From a virus (Duplodnaviria > Caudoviricetes), in the IMG/VR virus record IMGVR_UViG_3300046779_000717, positions 4,197 through 68,196 of that record: a stretch of 64,000 bases of DNA; one strand, given 5' to 3'. This document shows, piece by piece, positions 45,401-54,368 of this stretch (the first letter of the stretch is position 1; each line of letters opens with the position of its first letter). Under the pieces are notes generated by a model. That model searched no databases, was not told where the DNA came from, and saw only the letters and a program-made list of their open reading frames with translations. The position numbers and the translations under genes were made by a program.

Positions 45401-48400
45401 GCCCAGTCACCAGCCGCTCCAGCAACGTCAATCTTATACCCAGGACTAGTAGTGCCAATACCTACGTTTCCTGTAGCTGGTTCTATCTCTACAGCATTTA
45501 ATGCATAGCTAGATATTCTAAAGTTTCCACTATTTGCAGGTCTACTAACTGTCCAATAAGCTGTTCCTGAATCACCTAGTATAAGAGATGCCGCATTATT
45601 AAAGGCAACACCAATTCTAATTGAAGAGTTAGCATTTATATCTGATCCTAAGTTTGTAGTAGTTCCAACAAGTACGTTTCCACCAGGTGTGATACGCATT
45701 TTTTCGGTAAATACATTACTAGAACCGTTATAGTAATTTGTCCAAAATGTAAGATACCCATTCCCGGTACTTGCAGATTCATCCCAGCTACGAATCATAG
45801 CCATTTTGTTGTCTACATACCCTTTAAAATTAAGATCTAGGTTAAGAGGGCTTCCATTAGTCCCTGCTACTTGATTTGTTGAAATAGAAATTGAAGTTCC
45901 TATAGATTTTCCAACATAAAGATGGTCAGACGGACTAGTAGTACCAACCCCTACGTTACCATCATTTTGAATAAACATTCTGATGGTCTGAGATTGTATA
46001 TTGGTTGTACTTGATCTAAAATTAATTCCTGAATATCCCGAAATATTTGTTACATTGCTATTAAAAAACAATCCTGCAGAATCTGCAGCAGAACCATTGT
46101 ATAGTCTATTTCCTGCATTTCCTATATTTATGTTTCCTGATACATCTAATTTGTCCGTTGGACTAGTAGTGCCAATACCTACGTTTCCACCATATGGCTG
46201 AAGAGATAAGTTTCTATACGAAACGGCCTGCTCTACTGCTTGTATAGTTGCAAAATTGCTACTGTGATATCCAATTATTAATTGCTTGTTACTATCTGAA
46301 TACCTTCTTATCCTAAATTGTTCGTTAGCTCCATCAGCTGTCAAAGTAAAAGACGTGGCATTAGTAGTGTCTACAATTTCAAACTTTGATGAAGGGTTGC
46401 TAGTATTAATACCTACATTACCACTTGCTACTACATAAATTGCAGCATTGTTATAAGATGTTCCGCCTATAGCCAACCATTGTTGGTCTGTTCCAAATCC
46501 AAAATTCCATATTCCACTAAGAGCTGTTCCGCCTTCTTGACTATTGAATCTTATTCCTACTGCATAAGCGGATCCATCACCATTTATATCAATTCTACCT
46601 GCTCCGCCACCCTCTAAAATAACGCTTCTTCCTCCAGACCCAGTGAATTTGCCTATGCCAGTTACTTCTAATTTGCCAGACGGGCTAGCAGTACCAATAC
46701 CTACGTTTCCGCCATTAAAATGAGTCACTCCATTAGATCGAATAGCAATTGTTGTTGATCCAGCTGCTGAGCTTGCAAATAATCCAGCATCTATTCCACC
46801 AGCAGCATAAGCGTGAACATTTCCAGCTACGTGAAGCTTTTCATTTGGACTACTAGTGCCAATACCTACTCTAACGTCTTTTGTGTCAAATCCTGGAGTG
46901 ACAACTGTAAGACCTGTAGTCAATCCGTAGTCAGATCCAGTTCCCCAAGTCTGAACCATAAGATCAAGTCTACCGCCACCAGAAACTTGAGAGTATTGTA
47001 GTCCAGTTAGCGGATTGCTATCATAAGCAGAAGCACCTATAGATAAAGCTGTAGTTGGGTTTGAAACCCCAATACCTACATTCCCTCCACTTGTCAACCT
47101 CATTTTCTCAGAGTACGTCAACCCTGTAGGGTCGCTACCATAAGGTACGCTATTGGTAGATACCTCCCAACTCATGTCTACTCCTGAACTACCGCTAAAT
47201 CTTGCCCAAGTTCTCCAGCTTTTTTGGTTAGCCCCAGCATCTCCAGACATAATCAATGCAGTTCCGTAGTATGGATTACCACTTTTAAAGAACGTGTTGT
47301 AGTAAGTGTCAACCCAAGATAATTTACCTGCTGGGCTAATAGTTCCAACGCCTAAGCCTGTTGGGGTAAATGCTCCGTAGTTAGTAGATCCAGCTGCGCT
47401 TCTGAAATAATGATATGTATTATCGTAGTAGTTTCCTGGATCAGCATTTCCTCCAAGATACATCGATATTGAGTTCGATGCGTTGTATATTATATTGTAT
47501 GTTCCACTATTTTGAGCTATAGATATACCTCTTGACGATATTACTCCGTTAACGTCAAGTGGAGATACTGGACTAGTAGTGCCAATACCTACATTTCCAT
47601 CTGCGGTGATACGCATCCGTAGATTTGTGTTGGTGTAAAAATCCATTGGAGCATTAGTCATACCATAAAAAAACGGCCTGCTGCTATCTACTCCTACTCT
47701 AAGTAACCCTGTAGTACCTTGCCTATACTCAGTAAATGTACCATTAACAGCATCAAGAGCCAATGTTACGTAACCAGGATAACTTGTTGGGCTAGCAGTC
47801 CCAATGCCCACGCTCGTTCCATTGTCAAAAATCTGACTATTGCCAAGAGAATTGGCGCCTGTAAACTTGCTTACATAGTTGGTTGTACCAGATATGTCTA
47901 AACTGGTCATGTACTTTTGCCAAGCACCGAAAGATGAAGCATAAGAAGCAGTTCTATACCAAGACCCACCAGAAGCATCAAAGTATACCTGCGAGTCAAC
48001 GTGTCCATCACGGCTGTAATACTCTAACACAGTTCCATAGTCACTACCTAATCCAGTGCCATTGAAGTAGTTCTGCCACATCTTAATAGACATGGGATCT
48101 GTCGTAGTCCTTGCTCCAGCAGATGGATCAAACGCTACGAATGGGAATATGTATTGATTAGAGCGAGTATTTCCATTAACGTCAAGCTTGTATGCTGGAC
48201 CGGTAGTTCCAATTCCTATGTTCCCAGTAGAACCAGAAATATACATTCTTATTGCCTGGCTACCAAGAGCAGCGGCTGAAGTGGTAAATACTAGTCCTTC
48301 GTATGATCCTATATGAAGCGTATTTCCAGAAGAGGTTATAGAATTTAACTCACCTCTGAATATTCCGTTATCATAATATCCAGACCCGTTAGCGTAATTT

Positions 48401-49449
48401 CCAAACGCAAGTACTCCGCTATCATTAACTCCGCTACGAGAAACTCTAACAATTCCTCTTACATCTAGCACTTCCGTTGGGCTAGTAGTACCAATACCAA
48501 CGTTGCCTCCAGATGTTATGTAAAACTGATGTCCAGACGTTGTCAACCCGCTAACTCCAGTTCTTACTCCAAATCCGCTTAATGCATTTACGTTTAAGTC
48601 ATTTGCATTTGTGTCCGTGTATCTTGTTAGCGCCCATATGAAAGACCCGCCAGATGGAGCATCGTATGCAAATAATCCTCCAAGCGTTGGTGTTACTATA
48701 CGAGTATTCCCGTTTACAGTTAATTTATTTCCAGGACTGTCAGTACCAATACCTACATTACCACCGCTTGGATTTATTGATAGCCACTTGTTAGAAGTAT
48801 TACCTAATGCCCTAGAATCTATTGTGCTTATATCAGAATCAGAATATAACTGAAGTTCACTAGACGCTCCAGCAACAACTAGTTTTTTAGCTGGGCTACT
48901 AGTTCCAATACCTACATTGCCATTAGTATCAATCGTCATGTCTGGAGAAGCACCATTAGACGCTAGATACAACTTATTTCCACTTGTTGCATAAACTGTT
49001 GCTTGCCCCGTGTCCCAAGTCAGTCCCCCGTATGCTGTCGAATATGGTCCCCAAAGTGTAATTGCTGAACTAGTAGTCCATATCGCATTTGATGAGAAAG
49101 TTCCATTAACACTTAGTTTTTCAGATGGGCTACTAGTTCCAATACCTACATTTCCAGTAGTTCCAATCCACACCAAGTCTCCATTCCCATTGCCAAAAAC
49201 AAGCTTTCCAGTGCTAGCTTGATTTGTCATGTACCACTGAATAACTCCAGATTGGTTTAATAATAGTGATGTGTTATACCCAGCCGTCTGGTCAACTACC
49301 AAATAACTCCCATATACTCTAGTATTCCCTATGACATCAAGTTTGTATGCTGGGCTACTAGTTCCAATCCCTACTGTACCTAAAACATAGGCATTCTGTT
49401 CCACGCCAAGGGATGCCTTGACAAGTATATCACTTAAAAATTTTCTCAT
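42427..49449 (-). CDS. Long repeat tail fibre with C-terminal peptidase S74 intramolecular chaperone
   Basis: About 28 GNVGIGTTSP-type repeats; C-terminal SDITVKKDV...GVIAQEVQKVLPEVV...VAYSNMIALLIEGMKEQQ. Confidence 0.9.
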   Translation of the reverse strand: MRKFLSDILVKASLGVEQNAYVLGTVGIGTSSPAYKLDVIGNTRVYGSYLVVDQTAGYNTSLLLNQSGVIQWYMTNQASTGKLVFGNGNGDLVWIGTTGNVGIGTSSPSEKLSVNGTFSSNAIWTTSSAITLWGPYSTAYGGLTWDTGQATVYATSGNKLYLASNGASPDMTIDTNGNVGIGTSSPAKKLVVAGASSELQLYSDSDISTIDSRALGNTSNKWLSINPSGGNVGIGTDSPGNKLTVNGNTRIVTPTLGGLFAYDAPSGGSFIWALTRYTDTNANDLNVNALSGFGVRTGVSGLTTSGHQFYITSGGNVGIGTTSPTEVLDVRGIVRVSRSGVNDSGVLAFGNYANGSGYYDNGIFRGELNSITSSGNTLHIGSYEGLVFTTSAAALGSQAIRMYISGSTGNIGIGTTGPAYKLDVNGNTRSNQYIFPFVAFDPSAGARTTTDPMSIKMWQNYFNGTGLGSDYGTVLEYYSRDGHVDSQVYFDASGGSWYRTASYASSFGAWQKYMTSLDISGTTNYVSKFTGANSLGNSQIFDNGTSVGIGTASPTSYPGYVTLALDAVNGTFTEYRQGTTGLLRVGVDSSRPFFYGMTNAPMDFYTNTNLRMRITADGNVGIGTTSPVSPLDVNGVISSRGISIAQNSGTYNIIYNASNSISMYLGGNADPGNYYDNTYHYFRSAAGSTNYGAFTPTGLGVGTISPAGKLSWVDTYYNTFFKSGNPYYGTALIMSGDAGANQKSWRTWARFSGSSGVDMSWEVSTNSVPYGSDPTGLTYSEKMRLTSGGNVGIGVSNPTTALSIGASAYDSNPLTGLQYSQVSGGGRLDLMVQTWGTGSDYGLTTGLTVVTPGFDTKDVRVGIGTSSPNEKLHVAGNVHAYAAGGIDAGLFASSAAGSTTIAIRSNGVTHFNGGNVGIGTASPSGKLEVTGIGKFTGSGGRSVILEGGGAGRIDINGDGSAYAVGIRFNSQEGGTALSGIWNFGFGTDQQWLAIGGTSYNNAAIYVVASGNVGINTSNPSSKFEIVDTTNATSFTLTADGANEQFRIRRYSDSNKQLIIGYHSSNFATIQAVEQAVSYRNLSLQPYGGNVGIGTTSPTDKLDVSGNINIGNAGNRLYNGSAADSAGLFFNSNVTNISGYSGINFRSSTTNIQSQTIRMFIQNDGNVGVGTTSPSDHLYVGKSIGTSISISTNQVAGTNGSPLNLDLNFKGYVDNKMAMIRSWDESASTGNGYLTFWTNYYNGSSNVFTEKMRITPGGNVLVGTTTNLGSDINANSSIRIGVAFNNAASLILGDSGTAYWTVSRPANSGNFRISSYALNAVEIEPATGNVGIGTTSPGYKIDVAGAAGDWAARFSSNAGASAYFAHGGGYGGYINAGSNASSSTYILELISNGSTRVYVRGDGNVGIGTTSPSQKLQVDGALRLTSNPSVTADGTAAYFWNQAGVGPTIGGLKFQVQTNGATTAMTIDDSQRVGIGTASPGARLDVLSTGEVSVFRSSNTNLYVTYRANGTDVGYVGNGIGVVGGGSATDFGFQSINNTVFSTGGTGLERMRITSSGDLLIGATTSTYAFSNRGVIQINGASNAILGLTTGGVDSGYLYHTGTDMLVWNSKAGYVAIGTNNAERMRITSGGNVGIGTTTIFHSAKLSVAGLMHFPFDSNSDIGGAVQGFWTQGANGTNYYAGGLKFYYFNNPSGSGYSLQQGMTLDGQGNVGIGTTSPEQKLHVEGTIQLGNQENLAWAYDNGFYYNYITNFYDNSTGMAFRAGSWTGGNNVDFSFQTYYGGSWSTKLAIKGDGNVGIGTTSPSAKLQVDGSNSNGLIQAYVTSGGGNALRLNTNFGGGNYIDINPYISGVSNGGLEIAQNGTQRLVISAAGSVGIGTTSPSYKLQVHADGGGLYVIAANSAPYTQTIASFVYGGNSNSINIENQGGKASLQARAGGSAMNMHLNPVGGNVGIGTTAPSEILTLSRASTDNYIKVEAGGQAGNYSGLMLTEYGINWGWALRHNAATDNLHISYQDNTPTFYDTVTFLRNGNVGIGTTSPSVKLHLYDSTHNYEVIESNGANFQTALIIKNSGNEKLSLVWEDGTRGNYGVLKSATDIYFAPGFSNSVVMKSSGNVGIGSTSPSEKLQVVGNIGVGAGTYNGGVYANTSATSVDTNWGFDIARTSGVPDYSTRLKYYPNTGDSRKGGIYNSLSNTWVLYGDSNNTPNVIIPTGSVGIGTTGPSYKLHVEGNTSGISIYASHDIAAFSDITVKKDVQKIENAIEKVKELNGYTYVRTDDETNTRRAGVIAQEVQKVLPEVVSANPDGTLNVAYSNMIALLIEGMKEQQATIERLENRIKQLEK

Positions 49450-49460
49450 TTTCTATTCAA

Positions 49461-50891
49461 TTATGCAACTTTAATCAATAAGATACGTAAGGTGTTGGCC
49501 GTAACTGGCTGAGCAAACATTAATGTCATCTGCGTCAAAGACGTCCTTATACAGTCGCACTCGACTGTATCTCCTGTAGCTATTTCGTAAACTTGCACGA
49601 TTATATCTTTTGTATTTAAGTTGTGTGTGATTGTCATGTTCGTTGACGTAGTCAACGGACCGGTCGTTACGTACCTTAAAGCAGCCAAATTTGACGGAGT
49701 GACAGCTCTTGTGGTGTCTACCATCAAGTTTGCCTCTGCGTCTGTTGCTAACTCTACGATACCCTCGTTTGTTGTTGATGCTGTCTCTGCCGAAATGGTT
49801 ACAGTAGATCCAGATACAGAGATGTCAATGCCGTTACCCTCTACGAACGTCATCGCTCCGGTAACATCGATTGCCAGCTCTGCCGCTGTCAAGTACTTAA
49901 CTACGCCGTTGTCAGACACCAAGTACTTGTTGCCAGAGTAGGCGCCGCCTGCATCTGCGATCGATCCGATCTGCAATGGCTTGTCAACTGTCGACCAGTA
50001 TCCACCAGACTCAATCCACAAGAAGGAGACGTTTGGCGATGTGCCACGCTCAATCTCGATACCCGCGTTCATTGATGGCGTTCCAGTCTCGTTCTTGTTC
50101 AGTACGATGATATTGTCGCCAATCTCAAGCGTGGTAGAGTTGATGTATGTAACCGTTCCGTTTACGGTCAAGTTACCTCCGATGATTACGGTTGTACCGT
50201 CATCAGTAATGGTGCTATTTGAGAATCCGCTTCCGTTCCACTTAACTACAGCGTTTGTATTAAGCGATCCAGCTCCGGTAATTGCAACGTTGTCTGCGTT
50301 TACAGTAATACCCGTTCCTGCCCCAACGTCAAACGTTCGAGAGGCTGTAATGTCTCCTCCGCCAGTTAAACCTGCACCAGCTGTAAGAACTACAGAAGCG
50401 TGGTCAGTGTTGCGTGTAGAAGCAGTGTCCAACTGAACACTGTCGGCATTTACAGTAATACCTGTACCTGCTCCAATATTCAGCGTGGCAGATCCTCCCA
50501 AAGAGATGGTCCCGCCACCAGAAAGACCGGACCCAGCAGTTACTGTCAAAGAAGAGTTTACCAACATGGCATTGGTGATTCCTCCTGCCTTTACGTACAG
50601 CTGGTTTGACCCGTTAACTCCGATAGACGAGTCGTCATATACTGTGTTTACGGTAATGTCCCTAGTTCCGGTAACAGATATACCCATACCAGCGACGATC
50701 GACCGCAAGTCACCACCCACGTCAACCCATGTAGATCCGTCCCAGAAGTAGATAGACTTGTCGCCTACAGACGAGTCGTAGTATATCTGACCCTCTAACG
50801 GGGAAGACGGTGCAGTGGCTAGGTTTTGAATCCTAGCGTTTAGTAATTCGTTCTGGTTTAAGTCTAAGGAGACTAAAAATTTTCTTGCCAT
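49461..50891 (-). CDS. Fibre-like structural protein
   Basis: AGxGLTGGG / GAGTGITVNAD repeats, fibre repeat ASTTNEGIVELAT. Confidence 0.7.
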   Translation of the reverse strand: MARKFLVSLDLNQNELLNARIQNLATAPSSPLEGQIYYDSSVGDKSIYFWDGSTWVDVGGDLRSIVAGMGISVTGTRDITVNTVYDDSSIGVNGSNQLYVKAGGITNAMLVNSSLTVTAGSGLSGGGTISLGGSATLNIGAGTGITVNADSVQLDTASTRNTDHASVVLTAGAGLTGGGDITASRTFDVGAGTGITVNADNVAITGAGSLNTNAVVKWNGSGFSNSTITDDGTTVIIGGNLTVNGTVTYINSTTLEIGDNIIVLNKNETGTPSMNAGIEIERGTSPNVSFLWIESGGYWSTVDKPLQIGSIADAGGAYSGNKYLVSDNGVVKYLTAAELAIDVTGAMTFVEGNGIDISVSGSTVTISAETASTTNEGIVELATDAEANLMVDTTRAVTPSNLAALRYVTTGPLTTSTNMTITHNLNTKDIIVQVYEIATGDTVECDCIRTSLTQMTLMFAQPVTANTLRILLIKVA

Positions 50892-50892
50892 G

Positions 50893-51765
50893 TTAGTTTA
50901 AAAATGCCTTTCCTGAAAAAGACGATGCGAAATTAAGCGTTATGTTATTCTGGTCCACATAGTTTATGTCTCCGTCAACTTCGTTGTTTGCAGAGTCCAC
51001 GATGCTTACCGATGGGTACTTGTTTAGTGTGTGTGTTATGTTCCACGTACTAGCCGGAGCTGACTGCACGAACACAAATGTCTCTGGAGGCTGCGTTTGG
51101 TTGACCCATAACTGAGTGGTGCTGTCATAAACTAACACCTGGTCGTCCTGCGGAGACGTAATGCTTACGTTATGAAGCTCCTCTAGCTCGTACCCGTTCT
51201 GGATCTTCACCTCGATCACGCCCTGTGTAGGATGCGATCTGACCACGATGCCAACATACACCAAGTGTGCTGGTGCAAGCTGCTTTACGGTTGTATATCC
51301 GCCTGGAACTGTCGAACTTAGATACAGCTGTGCTCCTTCTGGAATAGCTTGAGTGTCTAGCCCTGACAACTTACCTACAACAACCAAAAATCCGTTGTTG
51401 TTGTTGGTAATGTCATCTCTTACAAACCCGAATGTCTGTGCAGATGTAGCGTCGCCAGTAGCTAACGCCTTTGTTACCGTAGGAAGGTTTCCGTGAGCTC
51501 CGTTGATATACACAATAGTGCCACGTGTAAGCGTAGCACCTGTTTGGTTGTATACCTCGGTGATTAATGTTGTTGAACTTGATGCAGGAACCGGGCCGAT
51601 AAGAGATATCGTTACGTCACCCTGTCCAGTTGCTGGACTGATCGTGATGTTTTCGCCGGCGATTATTTTAGATACATATTTTGCGTTTACACGCTTCAAT
51701 ATATAGTCTATAGACTTCCTTACGTCAACTAGGTACTCGGAATATTTGGTAGGCGGCCTAAACAC
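50893..51765 (-). CDS. Fibre/structural protein
   Basis: GTG start 4 nt after TATATTTG; LEELHNVSITSPQDDQVLVYD fibre motif; C-terminal WNITHTLNKYPSV. Confidence 0.65.
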   Translation of the reverse strand: MFRPPTKYSEYLVDVRKSIDYILKRVNAKYVSKIIAGENITISPATGQGDVTISLIGPVPASSSTTLITEVYNQTGATLTRGTIVYINGAHGNLPTVTKALATGDATSAQTFGFVRDDITNNNNGFLVVVGKLSGLDTQAIPEGAQLYLSSTVPGGYTTVKQLAPAHLVYVGIVVRSHPTQGVIEVKIQNGYELEELHNVSITSPQDDQVLVYDSTTQLWVNQTQPPETFVFVQSAPASTWNITHTLNKYPSVSIVDSANNEVDGDINYVDQNNITLNFASSFSGKAFLN

Positions 51766-51782
51766 CCTACAAATATACGGCT

Positions 51783-52052
51783 TTACTTTTTAGTTGACTT
51801 GCCGTTTGATCCTTGTCTGGCGCGATTTTTTGACTTATTTTCCAAAACCATCTTACCGTTCTTGGTATGAGATAGGTCCATGGACTTTGCACTACGCTTT
51901 CCGTAAATGCCCCTTTCTCTCGCCTCTGCGTTCAGTTCTGCACGATATCTTCTGCGTTCTGGACTAGACTGGTACGCCTTTTCCTTAGAATAGTCACGAC
52001 CAGTAGCCTTGTTGCTTCCTGCTCTAGTGTTTTTTCCTATAATCTTTGCCAT
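51783..52052 (-). CDS. Small Arg/Lys-rich protein (degenerate HNH-like DLSH..N motif)
   Basis: RDYSKEKAYQSSPERRRYRAELN...MDLSHTKNGKMVLENKSKNRAR. Confidence 0.7.
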   Translation of the reverse strand: MAKIIGKNTRAGSNKATGRDYSKEKAYQSSPERRRYRAELNAEARERGIYGKRSAKSMDLSHTKNGKMVLENKSKNRARQGSNGKSTKK

Positions 52053-52127
52053 CCAAATACTCTCCTATAACGTAAGAAATACCTATCGTAAAAGTCACAA
52101 ATATAAGACCGAACAAGAAGCCTTCCA

Positions 52128-52265
52128 TCATTTCTTCTTGGCGGATTGCTTGAAAGCCTTCGCTGTTGGAGCGCCCTTTGTTCCGGGCTTTCTCATCTTC
52201 TCGCCACTACCTTCCTCTATCCGCTTTCTCTTGGCGTGTATGTTTGCGTATAGTCCCTTTTTCAT
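52128..52265 (-). CDS. Tiny basic phage protein (45 aa, not in ORF track)
   Basis: MKKGLYANIHAKRKRIEEGSGEKMRKPGTKGAPTAKAFKQSAKKK; ATGA-coupled. Confidence 0.8.
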   Translation of the reverse strand: MKKGLYANIHAKRKRIEEGSGEKMRKPGTKGAPTAKAFKQSAKKK

Positions 52266-52411
52266 CGTCCTTGCCCTTTGTATTTCTTAACGTAGTTTTT
52301 GCTAGTCTTCAATGAAGAGCTTTTCTTCTTTGACACGACGCCTGGACGCTTGATGGATGCCTTTGGCTTCCACTTCGCTGCCTCTTTTGTGCTTTTTACT
52401 TTTGCTGCCAT
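52262..52411 (-). CDS. Tiny basic protein (49 aa, not in ORF track)
   Basis: MAAKVKSTKEAAKWKPKASIKRPGVVSKKKSSSLKTSKNYVKKYKGQGR. Confidence 0.75.
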   Translation of the reverse strand: MAAKVKSTKEAAKWKPKASIKRPGVVSKKKSSSLKTSKNYVKKYKGQGR

Positions 52412-52800
52412 AGGTACATTCTGAAATAGTCAAATTCTTCTTTACCGCCTTCCTCTACATAGTTTAAGTAAGCGTCGTATGCAGGTCCGGTCATTTTTAC
52501 TTCTACAAACGATGTGTCAATTCCGTTGGCGATCATCTTGGCTGAAAGCATCTCTGATTTTTTCTCAGCCGCAACAACAGCCTCCTTCAACTCCTCTTTC
52601 TCCTGTACCTTTTGGGCAACAAGTGTTGCACTTTTCTCCTGTGCCAACTTTGTTACCTGAGAGGCCATACGCAAGTTGCTGTTGATCTTTGCCATCATCA
52701 TCTCGACCTCGTCAACTGGAGGTGCCGAAATAGCCCCAACAGGAAACGCAATCTCTATGGCGAACAAAAACGCAAATAAGGCGATTAGAACGTACCTCAT
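52396..52800 (-). CDS. Exported/membrane-anchored coiled-coil protein (lysis accessory candidate)
   Basis: N-terminal hydrophobic signal, central coiled coil. Confidence 0.6.
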   Translation of the reverse strand: MRYVLIALFAFLFAIEIAFPVGAISAPPVDEVEMMMAKINSNLRMASQVTKLAQEKSATLVAQKVQEKEELKEAVVAAEKKSEMLSAKMIANGIDTSFVEVKMTGPAYDAYLNYVEEGGKEEFDYFRMYLWQQK

Positions 52801-53054
52801 AGCTTTTTTACGGTATTTATAATCCGAAGCTCAGTTATTGCAGCAGAGAGCGCAGAATCGCTTTTTTTGAGGGCATACGCCATCTTATCGATCTTCACTT
52901 CTAACGCGTCAATCTTTTTATTGGCTTTGTCGATCTGGTCTGTGTATCCAGAACGTAGATCAACGTACAAATATCCAACAACCACCAGCATGCAGAAAGC
53001 TACTGCAGCTACTGGATTTTTTTGGAACTGTTCAAAGCTAACAGGTAGTTTCAT
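52797..53054 (-). CDS. Membrane protein with coiled coil (holin/spanin candidate)
   Basis: FQKNPVAAVAFCMLVVVGYLYVD followed by heptads. Confidence 0.6.
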   Translation of the reverse strand: MKLPVSFEQFQKNPVAAVAFCMLVVVGYLYVDLRSGYTDQIDKANKKIDALEVKIDKMAYALKKSDSALSAAITELRIINTVKKL

Positions 53055-53227
53055 TTCTTAATAATTCCTTTCACGTAGTAAATACAAGCTAAAATCCCAG
53101 ACACTATACCAATCATACCAACAACCATAGAGATTATTGGCTGCCAAGCGGTAGCAAAAGACGTTACCGCTGCCACGCCTGTCATAGTAGCAAGCGTGTT
53201 TGCTGCTGTGTCAGTTTGTTGCATCAT
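53051..53227 (-). CDS. Small holin-like membrane protein
   Basis: 58 aa, two hydrophobic segments, basic C-terminus; TAATG-coupled start at 53227. Confidence 0.55.
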   Translation of the reverse strand: MMQQTDTAANTLATMTGVAAVTSFATAWQPIISMVVGMIGIVSGILACIYYVKGIIKK

Positions 53228-53484
53228 TACCAGAGGGCAAGAATGTTTGTTGCTGTAGTTCCGGTTGACCAAACCTTAACGACTTGGGTGCTCATGAATG
53301 TTCCAGCTGGAACGGCACTGAAGGTAACCTCGTCGCCACCAACAGTAGTTACTTTAACGTCGCCAGTTCCGCCGATGTAAAGCAAGCATCCGTTGTTGCT
53401 TGTTCCGCCTGTAATGCTTGGAATATTGGCGCTGTCTGACTTAGTTACTGCTGCAGCACGCCCTGTTTGTAGTTTCTGATACAT
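53227..53484 (-). CDS. Head-spike base protein homolog (RcGTA Rcc01079-like)
   Basis: AAAVTKSD...LYIGGTGDVKV...VTFSAVPAG...VVKVWSTGTTATNILAL. Confidence 0.7.
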   Translation of the reverse strand: MYQKLQTGRAAAVTKSDSANIPSITGGTSNNGCLLYIGGTGDVKVTTVGGDEVTFSAVPAGTFMSTQVVKVWSTGTTATNILALW

Positions 53485-53502
53485 AATACTACAAATATAA
53501 CA

Positions 53503-53661
53503 CTAATCTTTTTTCTTCTTGTAAGGCACCAGCTTGTTCAAAGTCTCTTGCCTGGCGTCACATCCGCAGTTTTCTCCGAAGATAGATTTCACCAATGCCT
53601 CGATCCCGGTCGCCTTTGTGATGACCGCAACGGTGTCTCCTAAGCCCTTTTGTTTGCTCAT
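53503..53661 (-). CDS. Small CGC-motif protein (52 aa, not in ORF track)
   Basis: MSKQKGLGDTVAVITKATGIEALVKSIFGENCGCDARQETLNKLVPYKKKKD; promoter 4 nt upstream. Confidence 0.8.
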   Translation of the reverse strand: MSKQKGLGDTVAVITKATGIEALVKSIFGENCGCDARQETLNKLVPYKKKKD

Positions 53662-53701
53662 GTAGCAAAATTAGTCTATTTTTGTTACAGAATTCAATCA
53701 A

Positions 53702-54169
53702 ATGGACTACAAAGAACTGGCCGACTGCCTGAGATATCTCACGCCGGCCAAAAAAATGATGTGCGAGCGGTATAATTTCACTCGGTCACACATGGAATTG
53801 CTTATTTTTATCTACTCAAAGCGTGAATTTCAGCTGAAACGCCTGTACGAGTATGCCGCATTGACACACTGGGAGTCAAAACTGTTCTCGGACCTAAAAG
53901 CTCAACGGTTTATTAAGATCGTAAGACCACACAAGCGGTCTTTGGGCACTGTTTATGGCTCCACAAAGAAGACCGACAAGATTGTCGAGGAGCTTTTTGC
54001 CATTATTACTGGTCAGGCCCCCTTCTCAGACGATCCAAAAGTGAATCCGATGTTCAAGAAGGAGACCTACACGCAGCGTTACCACTCTAAGTACATGCTT
54101 AGAGCGAATCTAGAACGAGAACAACGTCCCGCTCCTGGATTATATGATACGGAAGACGATGAATTCTAA
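53702..54169 (+). CDS. Putative winged-helix regulator, antisense to the late module
   Basis: MELLIFIYSKREF...LFSDLKAQRFIKIV...VYGSTKK wHTH-like; + strand TATTTTTG at 53677-53684. Confidence 0.6.
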   Translation: MDYKELADCLRYLTPAKKMMCERYNFTRSHMELLIFIYSKREFQLKRLYEYAALTHWESKLFSDLKAQRFIKIVRPHKRSLGTVYGSTKKTDKIVEELFAIITGQAPFSDDPKVNPMFKKETYTQRYHSKYMLRANLEREQRPAPGLYDTEDDEF

Positions 54170-54368
54170 CGCCATGGCCGGCGCGTCGATCATAGTATAT
54201 GACAGATGATTCGGCTATGTCAGATATTACGTCACCACCAACATAAACGACACGAGCCTTGCCGTAGCGTAGCTCGTTCTCGTCCGTGTTTGTCATGATC
54301 AGCCCAGAGGCAGCGGTTGTCTCCTCCTTGATGGGCTCTACTACGATATATTTACCGATTGCTCTCAT
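54099..54368 (-). CDS. groES: Co-chaperonin GroES
   Basis: IGKYIVVEPIKEETTAASGLIM...ARVVYVG...IIQERDVVLV; ATGA-coupled to groEL. Confidence 0.88.
   Translation of the reverse strand: MRAIGKYIVVEPIKEETTAASGLIMTNTDENELRYGKARVVYVGGDVISDIAESSVIYYDRRAGHGVRIHRLPYHIIQERDVVLVLDSL

Noticed and set aside
42427-49449. CRISPR array or DGR target in the fibre repeats
   Set aside because: The repeats are in-frame coding motifs with long variable spacing; there are no cas genes, no reverse transcriptase and no adenine-specific TR/VR pair.
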